A DNA stretch of 56,787 nucleotides from Roseburia sp. AF12-17LB (GCA_963589585.1 CAVALG010000037.1:1-56787); one strand, 5' to 3'; shown: positions 36,640 to 47,272, counted from the first letter of the stretch. Made by a program: numbers and translations. Notes: a model not told the origin generated them from the letters alone.

Positions 36640-37863
36640 TTATAATGTCACTTTGAAAAATACTTTTTTACCTTTTTTAATTACAGTGCCTTTTTCAAGC
36701 ATTTCACGGGTAAGCGCAAAATTGACATCCGAAATCTTTTCACCGTCAACCGATACGCCGCCCTGCTGAACAAGGCGTCTGCCCTCGCCTTTTGAAGGGA
36801 TAAGCCCCACGGCGAGCATAGCGTCAAGGATACCGATTTTCCCGTCTGTAAGTTTATCTTCCGTTACAGAGCCTGACGGCATATTGCTGCTGTCGGGACC
36901 TGCGCCGAACAATGCCTTTGCGGCTGCAAGCGCTTTATCAGCTTCCTCTTTACCATGTATTGTTTTGGTAAGTTCGTATGCAAGTCTTTCCTTAACGGCG
37001 TTAAGTTCGCTGCCTGTAAGTTTTTCCATCTCTCTTATTTCCTCAAGCGGAACAAAGGTAAGCATTTTCATACACTTAATAACATCGGCATCGGCAACAT
37101 TTCTCCAATATTGGAAGAAGTCATACGGAGAGGTTTTTTCAGCGTCAAGCCAAACAGCACCGCCCTCGGTTTTGCCCATTTTTTTACCCTCGCTTGTAAG
37201 CAAAAGGTTGCAGGTCATAGCGTAAGCTTCTTTACCGTCGCATCGGCGGATAAGTTCAACGCCGCCTATCATATTGCTCCACTGGTCATCGCCGCCGAGC
37301 TGCATAACGCAATTGTACTTGCGGTTGAGCATCAAAAAATCATAACTTTGCATAAGCATATAGTTAAGTTCAAAGAACGAAAGCCCGCGTTCAAGGCGTT
37401 GTTTATAACACTCAAATGATAACATTCTGTTAACCGAAAAATGCACGCCTATTTCACGCAAAAAGTCAACATAATTAAGGTTTAATAGCCAATCGCCGTT
37501 GTTTACGATAGTAGCGGCGCCGTCCGAAAAGTCAATAAGTTTGGACATTTGCTTTTTAAAACATTCTATATTATGCGCAATGGTTTCACGCGTAAGCATT
37601 TTACGCATATCGCTTTTGCCGGACGGGTCGCCTATCATTCCGGTACCGCCGCCGAAAAGCGCAATCGGCTTGTGTCCGTGCTTTTGCATATGCGCCATTA
37701 TAACCACGGCCACAAAGTGGCCTACATGCAAACTGTCGGCAGTGGGGTCAAACCCGATATAAAAAGTTACGGGTTTATCTCCGTTTATCAGTTCGCGCAC
37801 ACGCTCTTCATCCGTGGTTTGCGCTAAAAGTCCGCGTTCTTTAAGTTCATCAAACAGTGTCAT
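36640..37863 (-). CDS. tyrS: Tyrosine--tRNA ligase
   Basis: HVGH (HIGH-type) and KMGKT (KMSKS-type) motifs plus a C-terminal S4 domain. The start is set at ATG 37863. Confidence 0.92.
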   Translation of the reverse strand: MTLFDELKERGLLAQTTDEERVRELINGDKPVTFYIGFDPTADSLHVGHFVAVVIMAHMQKHGHKPIALFGGGTGMIGDPSGKSDMRKMLTRETIAHNIECFKKQMSKLIDFSDGAATIVNNGDWLLNLNYVDFLREIGVHFSVNRMLSFECYKQRLERGLSFFELNYMLMQSYDFLMLNRKYNCVMQLGGDDQWSNMIGGVELIRRCDGKEAYAMTCNLLLTSEGKKMGKTEGGAVWLDAEKTSPYDFFQYWRNVADADVIKCMKMLTFVPLEEIREMEKLTGSELNAVKERLAYELTKTIHGKEEADKALAAAKALFGAGPDSSNMPSGSVTEDKLTDGKIGILDAMLAVGLIPSKGEGRRLVQQGGVSVDGEKISDVNFALTREMLEKGTVIKKGKKVFFKVTL

Positions 37864-37915
37864 CAATCTAACCCTTTCCGTTAGCAATATTTCTCACTTC
37901 ATTATATAACAATAA

Positions 37916-39577
37916 TTATTGATTTTCAATCATTTCTTTTGCGGTTTTGTAAAGATTTTCGGTCATTTCGCCGCCCGAAATAATTCTTGCCACCTCTGCA
38001 ATCCTTTCATCACCCGTAAGTTTTTTTACGGATGTAAAAGTTTTACCGTCCCGTGACGATTTTTCTATAAGCAGATGATTGTCCGCAGCCGCCGCTATTT
38101 GCGGCAAATGGGTAACGCAGATGAGCTGATGCGTATTTGAAAGTTCTTTCATCTGCGCACCGACGCAGGCAGCGGCCTTGCCGCTTATCCCCGAATCAAT
38201 TTCATCAAATATTAAGGTAGGAACATCGTCTTTATCCGCCATAACGCTTTTAATTGCAAGCATCACGCGCGAAAGTTCGCCGCCCGAAGCAATTTTGGCA
38301 AGCGGCCGCGGCGGTTCGCCGGCGTTTGCCGAAATAAGAAACTCCACACGGTCGCACCCTGACTTAGTGTAAACACACTCGCCGAAATCAACCGAAAATA
38401 CAACATTCGGCATTTGAAGAAATTTAAGTATTGCGCATATTTCGCCAGAAAATTTTTCACCCGCTTTTTTGCGTGACGCGGTAAGCTTTTGACCTTTTTC
38501 ATACACCTCGTCTTCAAGTTCGTTTTGCGCGTCGTAAAGTTCCGAAAGTTTTTGTTCATCCGCTTGCAGATTATTCATTTTTTGCGTAATCTCTTCAAGA
38601 TAATCCTGAACCGACTCCTCACTGCCGCCGTATTTTCTGCAAAGGCGGTATATTTCGTCAAGCCGCTGCTCTACCCCCTCAAGTTCGCCGGGGTCTATAT
38701 TAAGCCGTTCGGCTGCAGCGCGCGCCGACTCTGCCGCATCGCCCAAAATAGCCGCCGCCTCATTTAAAGAATCGGATATATCTTTGGCTTCGGGCACAAG
38801 GTCGGCTACCGAATACGCCGCCTGCGCCGAACTTTCCACCGCCCCAATTGCGCCTGCCGTTTCATCATCGCCGTTTAAATACGCCGTTACGGTTTCAAGC
38901 GCGTCAAGAATTTTTTCAGCCCCAAGTATTTCGGCACGGCGGGCTTTAAGAACTTCGAGCTCACCCGATTTTATATCGGCGGCGGTTATTTCTTTAATTT
39001 CAAATTCATAAAGTTCGGAAACACGCTGTTTTTCGGCTTCGTCATTTTCAAGCCTTTTAATTTCCCTTTTAACATCACGCAGGTTTATAAAGGATTTTTC
39101 GTAATCCGAAAGCAGCGCGCCGTTTTCGGCATACGCGTCAAGAAAAGATATGTGGGCAGAAGGGTCAAGCAGAGCCTGACTGTCATGCTGACCGTGAATA
39201 TTTACAAGGCGTTTGCATATGTTTTTAAGCACACTCACGCTTACGGCAGTTCCGTTCACACGGCATAAACTGCGCCCATCGGCATTTAAGGTACGGTTTA
39301 TAAGCAGTTCGTTGCCGTCCGCCGTTATTCCGAGGTCAGACAATGCCGCAATTTCTTTTTCCGAAAGGCACACAAAAAGCGCGGAAACCGACGCTTTTGA
39401 GCAACCGTTTCGTACAATTTCGCGCGAAGTGCGCTCGCCGAGGACGGCGTTTAAGGAATCAATTATTATAGACTTACCTGCGCCCGTTTCACCCGTAAGG
39501 GCGTTAAAGCCGCCTTCAAGTTCTATATCGGCGCGTTCGATTACCGCAATATTTTCAATACTTATACTTTTTAGCAC
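37916..39577 (-). CDS. recN: DNA repair protein RecN
   Basis: SMC-like: Walker A GETGAGKS, long coiled coil, C-terminal signature. I preferred the GTG start at 39577 (MLKSISIENIAVI; SD GGTGA). The track start is 39586. Confidence 0.9.
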   Translation of the reverse strand: MLKSISIENIAVIERADIELEGGFNALTGETGAGKSIIIDSLNAVLGERTSREIVRNGCSKASVSALFVCLSEKEIAALSDLGITADGNELLINRTLNADGRSLCRVNGTAVSVSVLKNICKRLVNIHGQHDSQALLDPSAHISFLDAYAENGALLSDYEKSFINLRDVKREIKRLENDEAEKQRVSELYEFEIKEITAADIKSGELEVLKARRAEILGAEKILDALETVTAYLNGDDETAGAIGAVESSAQAAYSVADLVPEAKDISDSLNEAAAILGDAAESARAAAERLNIDPGELEGVEQRLDEIYRLCRKYGGSEESVQDYLEEITQKMNNLQADEQKLSELYDAQNELEDEVYEKGQKLTASRKKAGEKFSGEICAILKFLQMPNVVFSVDFGECVYTKSGCDRVEFLISANAGEPPRPLAKIASGGELSRVMLAIKSVMADKDDVPTLIFDEIDSGISGKAAACVGAQMKELSNTHQLICVTHLPQIAAAADNHLLIEKSSRDGKTFTSVKKLTGDERIAEVARIISGGEMTENLYKTAKEMIENQ

Positions 39578-39619
39578 ATATATCACCGCCCCTGCAAAAA
39601 CACAATCATATTATTTTAA

Positions 39620-40069
39620 TTAAAGAAGTGATTTTAATTTTTGCACAAGTTCCTTTGCCGCTTTTTCGTCACGGGTTATAGCAAGTATGGTATCGTCGCC
39701 TGCAAGGGTGCCGAGCATATCCTGTGAAAACATATTATCTATTGCCGCCGCCGCGCCCGAAGCTGCGCCAATGTGGCATTTAATTATAACATCATTCATT
39801 GCGCTTTCTATTGAGATTACGGAACTTGAAAATATATCGGCAAATCTTGCGTTATTTTCGTCATTTTTTGCGCTGCCGCCTTGCATATAGCGGTAAACTC
39901 CGCCTGCATCGAGCGATTTAACTATGCGTAATTCCTTAATATCCCTTGAAACGGTAGCTTGCGTAACATTATATCCCTCGCGTATCAGCGCCTCCTGCAG
40001 CCCCTCCTGCGTGTCTATTATTTGGTTTTCAATTATACCCAAAATTGCCTGCTGACGATGTTTTTTCAC
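39620..40069 (-). CDS. argR: Arginine repressor
   Basis: 149 aa: MKKHRQQAILGIIENQIIDTQEGL...VTQATVSRDIKEL...GTLAGDDTIL. Confidence 0.9.
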   Translation of the reverse strand: MKKHRQQAILGIIENQIIDTQEGLQEALIREGYNVTQATVSRDIKELRIVKSLDAGGVYRYMQGGSAKNDENNARFADIFSSSVISIESAMNDVIIKCHIGAASGAAAAIDNMFSQDMLGTLAGDDTILAITRDEKAAKELVQKLKSLL

Positions 40070-40128
40070 TGTCGTTTCCTCTTTTCAGATGAATTGCCGC
40101 CCCCTGCGGCTGACCAAATACGCAAAAT

Positions 40129-40932
40129 CTATTTTAATTTGCGTGAAATTTTTTTATAAAGCGATTCTTCGCCCACTGTTATAAGTTGCGCCGAACAGTC
40201 GGCTCTTTTAACAATTATCTTTGAATTTTTTGCTACTTTATGCGATTCCTCACCATCCACCGTAAGCCAAACATCAGTTTCGTTAGCGTTGTTTGCCGTT
40301 ACGGTTATTTCGTGATTTTCACCGAGTACCAACGGGCGCGAAAACAGAGAGTGCGCACATATAGGTGAAATAACTATACAGTTAAGCGCCGGGTCTATTA
40401 CCGGTCCGCCTGCGGACATTGAATAGGCGGTTGAACCTGTGGGTGTGGCGATAATCATACCGTCGGCACGGCATGAAACACTGTCACCGTTAAAGGAGGC
40501 GGAAACATCAATTATTCTTGAAAGTGCGCCTTTGCTGACAACCGCATCATTAAGGCAGTAATATTTTTTACCGTCACATTCAACCGAGAGCATCATTCTC
40601 TCCGACACCGAATATTCGCCCGTTACAAGTTTTGTTATATCATCAAGCGCATTGGTTTCAAGTCCTGCCAGATAACCCACTCTGCCTGCGTTTATGCCAA
40701 GCACGGGTTTGCCAAAGCGGGCAGCCATTTTTGCAAGATGGATAATAGTTCCGTCACCGCCGATTACAACGGTTATATCGCTTTTTTCGATTTTTCTGCC
40801 GTCAAATTCGCTGCCGAAGCTTACATTTGCAACCTCATATTCAATATTATTCTGCTTAAGTATTGTACAAAGCTGCTCGGTTATTCCCGAAGCACTTTCC
40901 TTTTCGGGATTAAAGGCTAAAAATAATTTCAT
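40129..40932 (-). CDS. nadK: NAD kinase
   Basis: 267 aa with GGDGT and the NAD-kinase C-terminal motifs (PTGSTAYSMSAGGP). Confidence 0.9.
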   Translation of the reverse strand: MKLFLAFNPEKESASGITEQLCTILKQNNIEYEVANVSFGSEFDGRKIEKSDITVVIGGDGTIIHLAKMAARFGKPVLGINAGRVGYLAGLETNALDDITKLVTGEYSVSERMMLSVECDGKKYYCLNDAVVSKGALSRIIDVSASFNGDSVSCRADGMIIATPTGSTAYSMSAGGPVIDPALNCIVISPICAHSLFSRPLVLGENHEITVTANNANETDVWLTVDGEESHKVAKNSKIIVKRADCSAQLITVGEESLYKKISRKLK

Positions 40933-40942
40933 AATATCACCC

Positions 40943-41752
40943 TTATTTATCGAGTGTTTCGTGCGACAGTTTTACGGCGTCTTCAGCCCGGGTTTCGGTA
41001 CGGTATTCGCCGCATCCGTCATTTTTAATGTAAATAAGATATTCAATGTTACCCTCAGGTCCCTTAACAGGGGAAAAGTCAAGCCCTTCAACCGAAAAGC
41101 CTAATTCTGTAACTGCGGATATTATATTATTTACAACCTCGGCGTGAACCGCACGGTCGCGCACAACACCTTTTTTGCCAACTTTTTCTTTACCGGCTTC
41201 AAACTGCGGTTTTATAAGACAAACAGCATATGCATTCTGCACCATAAGCCGCTGCATTACGGGCAGTATAACACGCAATGAGATAAACGAAACATCAACA
41301 GAGGCAAAGTTCAGTTTTTCGGGGATTTGCTCTTCACCGACATAGCGGAAATTGGTTCTTTCCATATTTACAACGCGCGGATCATTTCTCAATTTCCAGG
41401 CAAGCTGACCGTAGCCGACATCAATCGCATAGACCTTTGCCGCACCGTTTTGCAGCATACAATCGGTAAAGCCGCCTGTAGACGCACCGATATCCGCACA
41501 AATGCAGCCGCTAAGGTCAAGTGCGAAATTTTGCACAGCCTTTTCAAGTTTAAGTCCGCCGCGGCTTACATATCTAAGCGGATTTCCGCGAACCTCAAGC
41601 ACATCGTCTGGTTTAAGGGTCATACCTGCTTTATCCGCTTTTTGATTATTAACATAAACAACGCCTGCCATTATAAGCGCCTTGGCTTTTTCACGGCTTT
41701 CGGCAAAACCTTTTTCAAACACCGCAGTGTCAAGTCTAAGTTTTTCGCTCAA
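40943..41752 (-). CDS. tlyA: TlyA family rRNA (cytidine-2'-O)-methyltransferase
   Basis: S4 domain plus an FtsJ-like methyltransferase domain (DIGASTGGFTD). TTG start overlapping the dxs stop. Confidence 0.88.
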   Translation of the reverse strand: MSEKLRLDTAVFEKGFAESREKAKALIMAGVVYVNNQKADKAGMTLKPDDVLEVRGNPLRYVSRGGLKLEKAVQNFALDLSGCICADIGASTGGFTDCMLQNGAAKVYAIDVGYGQLAWKLRNDPRVVNMERTNFRYVGEEQIPEKLNFASVDVSFISLRVILPVMQRLMVQNAYAVCLIKPQFEAGKEKVGKKGVVRDRAVHAEVVNNIISAVTELGFSVEGLDFSPVKGPEGNIEYLIYIKNDGCGEYRTETRAEDAVKLSHETLDK

Positions 41753-43605
41753 CCCTTTTCAACCTCATTTTCAAATACTTTTTTTATTATTGACTCACAG
41801 TCAAGGCCGTATTTTTTCCGCGCAGCGGAAACCGAAGATTGCGGAACAAATCCGCTTATTGCGGAAAGGTAGGTGCGCCCGGAAAATCCGGCAAGCGATA
41901 TTTCCGAAAGCAATTTTTCACCTGCGCCGCCGCTTTTTTCACCCTCTTCAAAAATATATATACTGTCAAATTCCGAAAGACGGTTTACAAGTTCCGTATT
42001 GAATTTATCAATACGGTTCAGTTTAACGACAGCCGCTGTAATGCCTTTTTCGGCAAGCGCTTTTTGCGCCGATATAAGTTCAGCTGTAAGCGTACCGTAA
42101 GATACGAGTGCGGCACTGCCGCTGCCTATTACATCAAAATTTTTACCGCTTGGGGTATATTCGCGCATATTTTGCGGTTCGCCGCCGCGCGGATATCTGA
42201 TTGCGGCAACGCCCTTGGGCAACTCTAGCCGCTTTGCAAGCATATATTCAAGTTCAGCATAGGTGGCAGGCGCGTATATCTCTACGCCGGGTATTGAGGA
42301 CAAAAACGGCACATCATAAAGTCCCTGATGCGTTTCTCCGTCTGCACCGACTATGCCTGCGCGATCCACACACAGGGTCACGGGCAGTTTTGCAATAGCC
42401 GCATCGCTTAAAATTTGGTCATAACCGCGTTGTAAAAACGAAGAATACACCGCAAAAACGGGTTTCATACCGCCCTTTGCAAGCCCTGCCGAGAAAGTAA
42501 CCGCGTGCTGCTCTGCGATTCCTGCGTCAAAACTGCGGTCGGGGAATTCCTTAAAAAATTCCGAAAGTCCCGTACCGTCCTGCATAGCCGCCGTAACGGC
42601 GCAAATCTTTTCATCCTGATTTGCAAGTTTTGTAAGCGTTTTACCGAAAACAGCGGAAAAATTATCATCAAATGATTTTACACCGTTTTCAATATCAAAG
42701 GGCGGAACACCGTGGTACATACCCGGAGATTGCTCCGCCTTATCGTACCCTTTTCCTTTTTTTGTAACAATATGTATAACACAGGAACCGGGTATTTGTT
42801 TAGCAGAAGCAAATGCCTCGGACAATTGGGTTAAATTATGACCGTCCACAGGGCCTAAATATGAAAAACCGAGCGATTCAAAAATATTATAACTGTAAAA
42901 CAGTTTTTTAAAGGATTTTTTTATATTATAAATAACCGTATACAACAATCTGCCGATAAGCGGAATTCTTCTGAGCGTCAGTTCGGTACGGCGTTTTAAG
43001 CGGTGATAATGCGGATCAATTCTTATAAGTCTTAAATGCCGTGAAAGCGAGCCTACATTTTTGGATATAGACATTTTATTATCATTAAGCACAATAATAA
43101 CCTTAGTTTTGCCTTTGCCGATACTGTTAAGCGCTTCGTAAGCCATTCCGCCTGTAAGCGCGCCGTCACCTATTACGGCTACCGTGTTCCCTTTTACGCC
43201 TGTAAGTGATTTTGCCTTTGCAATACCGTAAGCCGATGAAACAGAGGAACTGCTGTGACCTGTAACAACAGGATCGTGCGGACTTTCGGAGGGACGCATA
43301 AACCCTGATATGCCGTTTTCTTTTCTTAAAGTATCAAATTCGGGGTAACGGCCCGTAAGCAATTTATGGGTATAACATTGGTGGCCCACATCAAAAATTA
43401 TATCGTCATTTTTGCGGCAAAACGCCTTTTCAAGCGCAACTGTAAGTTCAACTGCGCCTAAATTTGAGGCAAGGTGCCCCCCGTTTTTTGACACAACGGT
43501 AAGGATTTTATCACGAATTTCATCGCATAAAACCGCCAACTCATCATCACTTAAATTATTCAGCTGTGCAGGATCTTCAATTTTTCCCAAAAATTTATAA
43601 TTCAA
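41749..43605 (-). CDS. dxs: 1-deoxy-D-xylulose-5-phosphate synthase
   Basis: 618 aa with GHSSSSVS and the GDGALTGGMAYEALN TPP-binding motif. Confidence 0.93.
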   Translation of the reverse strand: MNYKFLGKIEDPAQLNNLSDDELAVLCDEIRDKILTVVSKNGGHLASNLGAVELTVALEKAFCRKNDDIIFDVGHQCYTHKLLTGRYPEFDTLRKENGISGFMRPSESPHDPVVTGHSSSSVSSAYGIAKAKSLTGVKGNTVAVIGDGALTGGMAYEALNSIGKGKTKVIIVLNDNKMSISKNVGSLSRHLRLIRIDPHYHRLKRRTELTLRRIPLIGRLLYTVIYNIKKSFKKLFYSYNIFESLGFSYLGPVDGHNLTQLSEAFASAKQIPGSCVIHIVTKKGKGYDKAEQSPGMYHGVPPFDIENGVKSFDDNFSAVFGKTLTKLANQDEKICAVTAAMQDGTGLSEFFKEFPDRSFDAGIAEQHAVTFSAGLAKGGMKPVFAVYSSFLQRGYDQILSDAAIAKLPVTLCVDRAGIVGADGETHQGLYDVPFLSSIPGVEIYAPATYAELEYMLAKRLELPKGVAAIRYPRGGEPQNMREYTPSGKNFDVIGSGSAALVSYGTLTAELISAQKALAEKGITAAVVKLNRIDKFNTELVNRLSEFDSIYIFEEGEKSGGAGEKLLSEISLAGFSGRTYLSAISGFVPQSSVSAARKKYGLDCESIIKKVFENEVEKG

Positions 43606-43634
43606 TCAAACGCACGCCTTTTTAATTTTTAAAT

Positions 43635-44507
43635 TTAATATTTCCTGTCGGTCAAACTGTCAGCCAGCCGGCACAGTTCATCGGCCTTTTCGCCGAACGG
43701 TGCAAGTGCTGATTTTGCCTTTTCGGTAAGTTCGCGAACCTTCTGTTTTGAGGATTCCGCACCCATATGCGAAAGGTATGTTGATTTATGATTTTCGGCG
43801 TCGCTTCCTATGGGTTTACCAAGGACTTCGACACTGCCGGTAGCGTCCAGAATATCGTCCTGTATCTGAAAAGCCAACCCGAGGTTATAAGCAAATTCGG
43901 ATGCGGCGTTTACTTTGTTTTCATCTGCGCCCGCAAGTATGCAGCCTATTTCCGCCGCTGCGCTGATAAGCGCGCCCGTTTTCAATTTGTACATTGCAAT
44001 TACGGTTTCGAGAGGAGCGTCTTTGCCCTCAATTCTAAGGTCGATTTCCTGTCCGCCTATCATACCGCGAACGCCTGCTCTTTGTGCCAAAACGGCTATT
44101 GCTTTTACAAGCGCAGACGGTTCTATCCCCTTTGCCGACGCCGCCGTTTCAAACGCACAGGTCAGCAATCCGTCACCTGCAAGCAGGGCGTTTGCTTCGC
44201 CGAAGGCTATGTGGCAGGCAGGTTTCCCGCGCCGCATATCGTCATTGTCCATACAGGGCAAATCGTCGTGTATTAAAGAATATGTATGTATCATTTCAAG
44301 GGCGCAGGCAAAATCGAGCGCGCCTGCCGCAGTGCCGCCGCATATTCTGTAAAACTCAAGCAAAATTGCGGGGCGCAGGCGTTTGCCGCCTATTTCTGCG
44401 CTGTATTCCATTGCGTCGGCAACCGCCGTGTACTCTCCGCTGTTATGCCCAAGCAATGCCAAAAGACGGCTGTTGATTTCTTTTATAATATCATCAAAAT
44501 GTTTCAT
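43635..44507 (-). CDS. ispA: Polyprenyl (farnesyl/geranylgeranyl) diphosphate synthase
   Basis: DDLPCMDNDDMRRG and FQIQDDILD aspartate-rich motifs. Confidence 0.9.
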   Translation of the reverse strand: MKHFDDIIKEINSRLLALLGHNSGEYTAVADAMEYSAEIGGKRLRPAILLEFYRICGGTAAGALDFACALEMIHTYSLIHDDLPCMDNDDMRRGKPACHIAFGEANALLAGDGLLTCAFETAASAKGIEPSALVKAIAVLAQRAGVRGMIGGQEIDLRIEGKDAPLETVIAMYKLKTGALISAAAEIGCILAGADENKVNAASEFAYNLGLAFQIQDDILDATGSVEVLGKPIGSDAENHKSTYLSHMGAESSKQKVRELTEKAKSALAPFGEKADELCRLADSLTDRKY

Positions 44508-44710
44508 TAACCGTCCACCTCGTCAACCGTTGTGAGTTTAAGCATTGCTTTATCGGCTTCTTTTAATTTTTTATCGCAAAGCGCTGAAAGTTCCACGCCT
44601 TTTTTAAACAGTTCAACCGAACTATCAAGCGTGCAATCGCCGTTTTCCAATGTTTTTACTATATTTTCAAGTTCTGCGACAGCCTCTTCAAAAGTTATTT
44701 TTTCAGACAT
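44507..44710 (-). CDS. xseB: Exodeoxyribonuclease VII small subunit
   Basis: MSEKITFEEAVAELENIVKTLENGDCTLDSSVELFKKGVELS. ATG 44710 has SD GAGGGTGA. Confidence 0.88.
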   Translation of the reverse strand: MSEKITFEEAVAELENIVKTLENGDCTLDSSVELFKKGVELSALCDKKLKEADKAMLKLTTVDEVDG

Positions 44711-45938
44711 TGTTATCACCCTCGCTTATTCTTACGGTATCTACCGTGCAATCAATATCGCCGTCAGGCAATGTTACGGTAAGTTTATCGCCCTTTGCAA
44801 CGCCTGCGGCGGAGGAAAGCGGCTTGCCGCCTACGCTGACCGCGAAAAATCCGCGCGACATAACCGAAAGCGGACTTAGCGCGTTAAGTTTGGCCGCAAG
44901 ATTTGAAAGTTGCTTTTTGCGGTTTTCGGTTTGCAATGCAAACGCCGCCGCAAGTTTCTCGTTTGCGCGTGACAGGCGTTCTTTAGGCTGTTGCAAAACA
45001 AAATCTTTATCGTTAAGGCAGGGGCGCAGCCGCAGCGCGTCAAGCCGCTTTTCCGCTCTTAGCACGGCTGTTCCCTGCGCCCTTTTTAAGCGTACTTTTG
45101 CCGAAAACAGTCTTTCTGCCATTTCGGCTATATCGGGTACTGCCAACTCTGCCGCTGCGGACGGGGTTGGCGCGCGCATATCTGCGGTTAAATCGCACAG
45201 CGAATAATCGGTTTCGTGGCCGACAGCAGAAATTACCGGCACGGGCATATGCGCAACCGTTCTTGCAAGCGTTTCATCATTAAACGCGGCAAGGTCTTCG
45301 GCAGAACCGCCGCCGCGGCCGATTATAACGGTATCTATGCGGCAGCCCTTTTTAACCATATCCGAAAGCCGCAGCAACATAGCGGTTATTTCGGCTGCTG
45401 CATTATCGCCCTGGACAGTTACGGGGCAGACCATAAGTTCGCAAAGCGGATAGCGCCTGCCCACAATGTTGATTATATCCCTCAGCGCAGCACCGCTGCC
45501 CGATGTTACCGCTGCTATTCTTTGAGGATATTTCGGTATCGGGCGTTTGCGTGATTGGTCTAAAAGCCCTTCCTCGGCAAGGCGTTCCTTTATTTGGCGA
45601 AGCGCCAATGCAGCGGCGCCCATACCGTCGGGCTGCATATCGGTTGCGTAGAACTGGTACGCACCGTCACGCTCATAAAGCGAAACCCTGCCGCGGCAGA
45701 TAACACGCAAACCGTCCTGCGGTGCAAACTTGAGCCTATCAGCCGACGATTTAAACATAACACATTTAATTGCCGCAGAATCATCCGTAAGTGAAAAGTA
45801 GATGTGTCCGCTGTAGGCGTTTCGGCGGCAGTTTGTCACTTCGCCCGACAGAAATATTCCCGACAGATTAGCGTCGCCTTCAAGCGACATTTTTACATAT
45901 TTATTCAGTTGGGTGACGGTCATGACAAAATCATTCAT
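44703..45938 (-). CDS. xseA: Exodeoxyribonuclease VII large subunit
   Basis: 411 aa with an N-terminal OB fold (VTQLNKYVK...GEVTN) and the catalytic core. Confidence 0.9.
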   Translation of the reverse strand: MNDFVMTVTQLNKYVKMSLEGDANLSGIFLSGEVTNCRRNAYSGHIYFSLTDDSAAIKCVMFKSSADRLKFAPQDGLRVICRGRVSLYERDGAYQFYATDMQPDGMGAAALALRQIKERLAEEGLLDQSRKRPIPKYPQRIAAVTSGSGAALRDIINIVGRRYPLCELMVCPVTVQGDNAAAEITAMLLRLSDMVKKGCRIDTVIIGRGGGSAEDLAAFNDETLARTVAHMPVPVISAVGHETDYSLCDLTADMRAPTPSAAAELAVPDIAEMAERLFSAKVRLKRAQGTAVLRAEKRLDALRLRPCLNDKDFVLQQPKERLSRANEKLAAAFALQTENRKKQLSNLAAKLNALSPLSVMSRGFFAVSVGGKPLSSAAGVAKGDKLTVTLPDGDIDCTVDTVRISEGDNNV

Positions 45939-46880
45939 TTAAAAAGCCGCCCCCTCTTTTATTGCTGCAAGCACCGCCGTACCCACGGCGTTATCGCCCG
46001 ACAGTTCGGGGCTTGCAAAAAATATATTTTTCTGTCCCGAAAGGCGGTTGCGGATAACCGTGTTAGCGGTCACTCCGCCTGCAAACACTATGGGGATACC
46101 GCCGTGCTCGCACCGCAGTTCTCTCACGGTTGCAGCAAGCGTTTCGGCTATATATTCAAAGGCATATGCCGCCGCATCGCCCACAGGCACTCCGTTTTCT
46201 TTAAATCTCTTACACCTGTTTTCAAGTCCCGAAATGCTGCAATATGCTCCGTTTACCGATATTTTCACCTTTTCGGGCGGCGTACCGTTTTCCGAAAGAC
46301 GGTCAAGTTCCGCGCCCGACGGAAATGTTAAGCCGTACAGTTTACCCAAACGGTCAACCGCCTGGCCGATTTTTAAATCTGTTGTGCCGCCGATTATTTT
46401 GCAATTAAACACGGTATCTTCCTGCGGTGTTACAAGCAGTGCCTCGGTAGTTCCGCCCGAAATATGGAACGCGATGAACTCCTTGCTCACAAGGTCGAGT
46501 TTATTTGATGAAAGCAGGGCGGCGGCTATATGTCCTGCCTGATGCGAAAATTCATAACACGGCACACCGAGCGCTGCTGCCGCACTTTTTGCCGCTGCGG
46601 CACCTGCTAAAAAGCAAGGCATATAACTGCCCTCGGCATCCCTTGGGCGAACCGATACGCCGATGGAATTTATACTGCCGTTAAACCGTGAAAACACATC
46701 CGACACTATTTCGGGGATATCCCGAATATGCAGAAAAAGCGCCTCGCTTTGGCGAAGCCCTAAACTTTTTCCTGCATCAAGCAAACGGCGGCGTGAAATA
46801 TACTCCCCGTCCCCTTTGAAAATTGCGGCGGAGGTACGGTAATTACTTGTATCGATACCCAAAAAGGCGTCCGTTTTCAT
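45939..46880 (-). CDS. Kae1/TsaD-like (peptidase M22 / ASKHA) family protein, non-canonical paralogue
   Basis: MKTDAFLGIDTSNYRTSAAIF...SHQAGHIAAAL...FAGGVTAN. The start ATG 46880 overlaps the nusB stop (TAATG). The stop abuts the xseA start. Confidence 0.7.
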   Translation of the reverse strand: MKTDAFLGIDTSNYRTSAAIFKGDGEYISRRRLLDAGKSLGLRQSEALFLHIRDIPEIVSDVFSRFNGSINSIGVSVRPRDAEGSYMPCFLAGAAAAKSAAAALGVPCYEFSHQAGHIAAALLSSNKLDLVSKEFIAFHISGGTTEALLVTPQEDTVFNCKIIGGTTDLKIGQAVDRLGKLYGLTFPSGAELDRLSENGTPPEKVKISVNGAYCSISGLENRCKRFKENGVPVGDAAAYAFEYIAETLAATVRELRCEHGGIPIVFAGGVTANTVIRNRLSGQKNIFFASPELSGDNAVGTAVLAAIKEGAAF

Positions 46881-47272
46881 TACTTGCCCCTTGTTACCGT
46901 GCCGAGAATACCGTTGACATACGCCGATTCCTCGGGTGTTGCAAATTTTTTGCAAAGTTCAACCGCTTCGTTTATTGCGGCACTGTCGGGAATATCGTCG
47001 GCAAATAATATCTCATACACGCAAAGGCGCATAACGGCAAGGCAGACTTTTGATATTCTTGATATTGTCCAGCCTTTCAGATTTTCAGATATACGGGCGT
47101 CAATTTCCTCTAAATTATCAAAAACGCCGTTTACCGTTTTGATTATGTATTCGTCATCTTTAAAATCTCTTGCGTCTTTCGCATTTTCAAGTATTTCTTC
47201 AACCGAAAGTCCGTTAAGACTTTTTTCAAACACTATTATAAAAGACTGCTCTCTTGCCTCTCGTCTTGTCAT
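46880..47272 (-). CDS. nusB: Transcription antitermination factor NusB
   Basis: 130 aa: MTRREAREQSFIIVFE...AVMRLCVYEILF..DIPDSAAINEAVELCK. Confidence 0.9.
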   Translation of the reverse strand: MTRREAREQSFIIVFEKSLNGLSVEEILENAKDARDFKDDEYIIKTVNGVFDNLEEIDARISENLKGWTISRISKVCLAVMRLCVYEILFADDIPDSAAINEAVELCKKFATPEESAYVNGILGTVTRGK

